A DNA stretch of 64,000 nt. Origin: Felis catus. Taxonomy: Eukaryota. The stretch lies in the NCBI RefSeq assembly GCF_018350175.1, contig NC_058374.1, forward strand, positions 38,192,001 to 38,256,000. Reading direction: 5' to 3'. Below are positions 61,112-64,000 of this stretch, in pieces. The stretch's first letter is position 1. Every line of letters starts with the position of its first letter. Both the position numbers and the translations under genes were made by a program. The notes below the pieces were generated by a model. That model saw only the letters and a list, made by a program, of their open reading frames with translations, was not told the DNA's origin and made no database searches.

Positions 61112-64000
61112 GCCCAAATAGATTCACAGCTGGTTCCTTGAACCTGATCTAATCTATGCCAGCAACTCCTCACTGACTCAGGAAGTTCTTTATATCTAAT
61201 CTAAATCCCTGTACCTATATTCAGAATCCCTGCCTTCCTGTCCAAGCCTTAGTACAGATGGAGATGAACTGGTTCCCACCTTCCTTGTGATACACTTTCA
61301 TGCCTCTGAATATCTTTATACCTCTTCTTGTAACCTTTTTTCTTCAAGGCTGACTAGTACCAATTCTTATCTCTGATGGTAGGGATGGGGAGGAGAGCTC
61401 ATTTGGCACAGTGAAATCACCCAGACATTGCTCTGCCACATAAGGAAATTCCCAGAATATTCTTCATAGAATGGGTTATTCAGAGCTAGACAAACAGCTC
61501 CCTTGAGCCCGTGGAAGGTTAAAGGCAGCCAGTTCTATTTCAGTCTTTATCCTCTGGCCCTGTCAGATCTGCTGAGGACAGGAATGAAGCTGTTTTCCAG
61601 AATTCTCCTGTCCAGCAAAGGTCCCAGGAGGTCATACCAGTTTTGAAATATATCACCCTACCTCCACCCCAAAAACTACCAGGCTAAGACATTAGTTGAA
61701 TGCATTGGGCAGCAGGACTCCAGTGGACACAGGAGGAAACATGTTGTTATTACCCCATCTACGCAGGTGATGAGACACCAGAACAGCCTGTCGAGTTCCC
61801 CACCTGAATTTTTCAGCCGCAGAATCCAACTAATGCCCTAGGGGATCATTCAAAACCCTATTCTACTCATCCCCTTTTTCCTTTGCACCCATAGAATTTA
61901 TTTGCCAACTCTTCTCACCACGGGGGTCTTTGCCAAAATCTGGATCCTGCAAATAACCTCAGAGAATCTGACCAAGCTGCCCAAAGCCACCAAATATTCT
62001 GGACCTCTGAGCTTCAGAGACTCCTGTTTTGCCTTTCCTCTGGCTTCAATATTTCTCTTCCTCCCTCTTGTGTTTATCTGCTTCCTTTCTTGCTTCCATT
62101 TCCCTCCATTTCCCCCTTCCTCCTTGCCTAAGCTTTGGGCCTGCCCTTGGCACCCCTAGACATGACCTCCATTTCCTAGTGACATTCATGCTAACGAAGT
62201 CAGCGACTATTCTCTAAGAACCATATATGATACCTAGTGTCAGTGTTCAGTGGACATCCAGTGGGAGTGATGGTGGGCCGAGGGGACCCACCCAGCAAAA
62301 CCTTTGCCTCTGAACAATGGCAAGATGCAATAGCATTAGCTTACAAGCATGGAGGCATTTGTGAGGTTCTGTCCTGGGACCTACAGAGTGTGTGTTGGCT
62401 TGAGACTACCATGAGATGGGGAACTGTATGAGTGGCCACAGAAAACCACTAAATATGATAAATAGGAAGAAGCAATTATTTACATTGTAAATAAATACAT
62501 ATATGTGGTTCAGCAGACAGTACAAATAGGAGAGGGCTTGGAGGTGGAAGAGAAGCAAGAAGACAAAGGGCTTGGAGTAAGCAAGTCAGTGATGAGTAGA
62601 AATGACAGGGCAGAGGACCCTGAGGAAGGTGGGAAGTGAATCTGGGGAAGCCTGGAGAGAGGATGTCCGATGTGTCACATTGGGGAGCAGCAATGGGGCT
62701 TTTTGAGGGATGGCAATTAGACAGGACAACAATGGCAGAGAGCCAGATGAAGAATGAAGACTGAAGACCATGGTTGGCAAAACCCCTGCATCTCCTTCAG
62801 GGGTTCCCAGCCCCACAGCCTCCAGCACTCACTGACCTCCAACCATCCCTCAGGCCCTGGTAACTCAGGGACCTGAACTGGCCTTGGCCATCCAGCTCAT
62901 GAGACTATACCTGGCTTACGGATAGGGTGGTTGAGGAAGGGGAGGTGTTGACCCAGAAGCGGCTCTGAGGCCTCTGTGCTGGGTGAGATTAATCAGTTTC
63001 CATGAGGCTGGTGGCATTCAGCAGGTCTTAAGGTGTCCCATGGGGTTGGTGATATGTCGAGGGAGGGATGCTCACCCTGCTTCCCGTCAAAAGTTGTGGT
63101 AGGACAGTAGATCTCTAAGGCAGGTCTGGGTTACAGGAATCCCCCACTCCACCCCAACAGAGGCTTTCGAGGATGCCATATTTATTGGTGAATGTGGGGT
63201 TGGGGGATGAGGGATGTTCATGGTTGCCAGCAGGTTGAGCTGGGGCTTGCCTTGGAAGAGACCCCAGGACCAGGAGGGTGTATGGATGCTATCATTGTCC
63301 CTCAGATCTCCACAGCCCACCGCATCAGGAATTTCCAGGGTGTTGCTTCTGCAGTTTAGGGTGGCCAGTGGACAAGAAGGCCTCTGATAATGCTGTGGTC
63401 TCCCTGCCAGCAGGAAAAAGACTGCTATCCAGAGAACAGAGCAAACAGCTGATGGGAAGGGTGGAAGTCCTTCTCACATGAGGCTAGCAACCTCTTGAGT
63501 GGTCTTGGTCGGCCAAGGCAGGAGTCTGTGTAAGTGCACCTTACCATTCTGTTTTCCTGCACCTTCCAGGCCAGGGGGTAGGTAGCCTTCTCTGAAGAAT
63601 GCCAATGGCCTACTTCCTCCCACCCCCCAAACCTTCATACCAACATTCTAAGTTTCCCCAGGGCCTTTCATTGTGGAGGTGACAAAATCCATGCATCATG
63701 GGCAGAAGTAGAATAACGGAAGAGAGGCTGGATGAGAAAACAAGCCCCCGAGTCCTAGCAACCAGCCTCCTTTCTACTGCCAGGAGGGGCAGGGACTGCT
63801 TGGCTTTGTGGCCCCGAGCAAGTCACTTGCCCATGGGCCTCGGTTGGCCACCTAAACACTGAGGGGATTCGACTTGTGTCCTCATGGCCTGCCCAGCTCT
63901 GACATGTTAGGATCCTAGGTGAGGGGACCTCCTGCTTTCCACCATTATTCCTAACCCAGAGTGGGGAGAATGGGCACATTCCCAGAGCTCTGGCAAGCCC

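Noticed and set aside
62400-64000. Possible TEX52 or FOXM1 3' exons expected by synteny
   Set aside because: I could not match any frame to the TEX52 C-terminus as I recall it; these genes probably lie beyond the window.

Overview
Mammalian genomic DNA from a felid (cat family), judged from dense tRNA-derived CanSINEs including young feline SINEC_Fc-type copies and a feline-type L1 3' end. The window holds the conserved FKBP4 (+) / ITFG2 (+) / NRIP2 (-) block, orthologous to human 12p13.33. FKBP4: 10 coding exons, 18010-26363, 459 aa if exon 9 has its usual 240 nt; the 5' part of exon 9 lies in an N gap. ITFG2 (KICSTOR subunit): 12 coding exons, 33223-44471, 444 aa. NRIP2: 6 coding exons, 53643 to 47021 on the minus strand, 250 aa from the first ATG. 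All visible introns are GT-AG and exon phases join correctly. The rest is SINE/LINE/MaLR/hAT remnants, microsatellites and five N gaps. I find no prokaryote-type system (CRISPR, operon, rRNA, tRNA) and cannot support a wholly new biological system. The best leads are: (1) a 47/48-identical copy of the ITFG2 exon-3 acceptor plus exon start inside intron 1, a candidate poison or alternative-last exon; (2) an ACG in place of the human NRIP2 start codon, heading an open in-frame 38-codon extension; (3) ITFG2 polyA hexamers inside a DNA-transposon remnant. Orthologue sequences and repeat family names are from memory, not from database searches; repeat boundaries are approximate unless a TSD is given.
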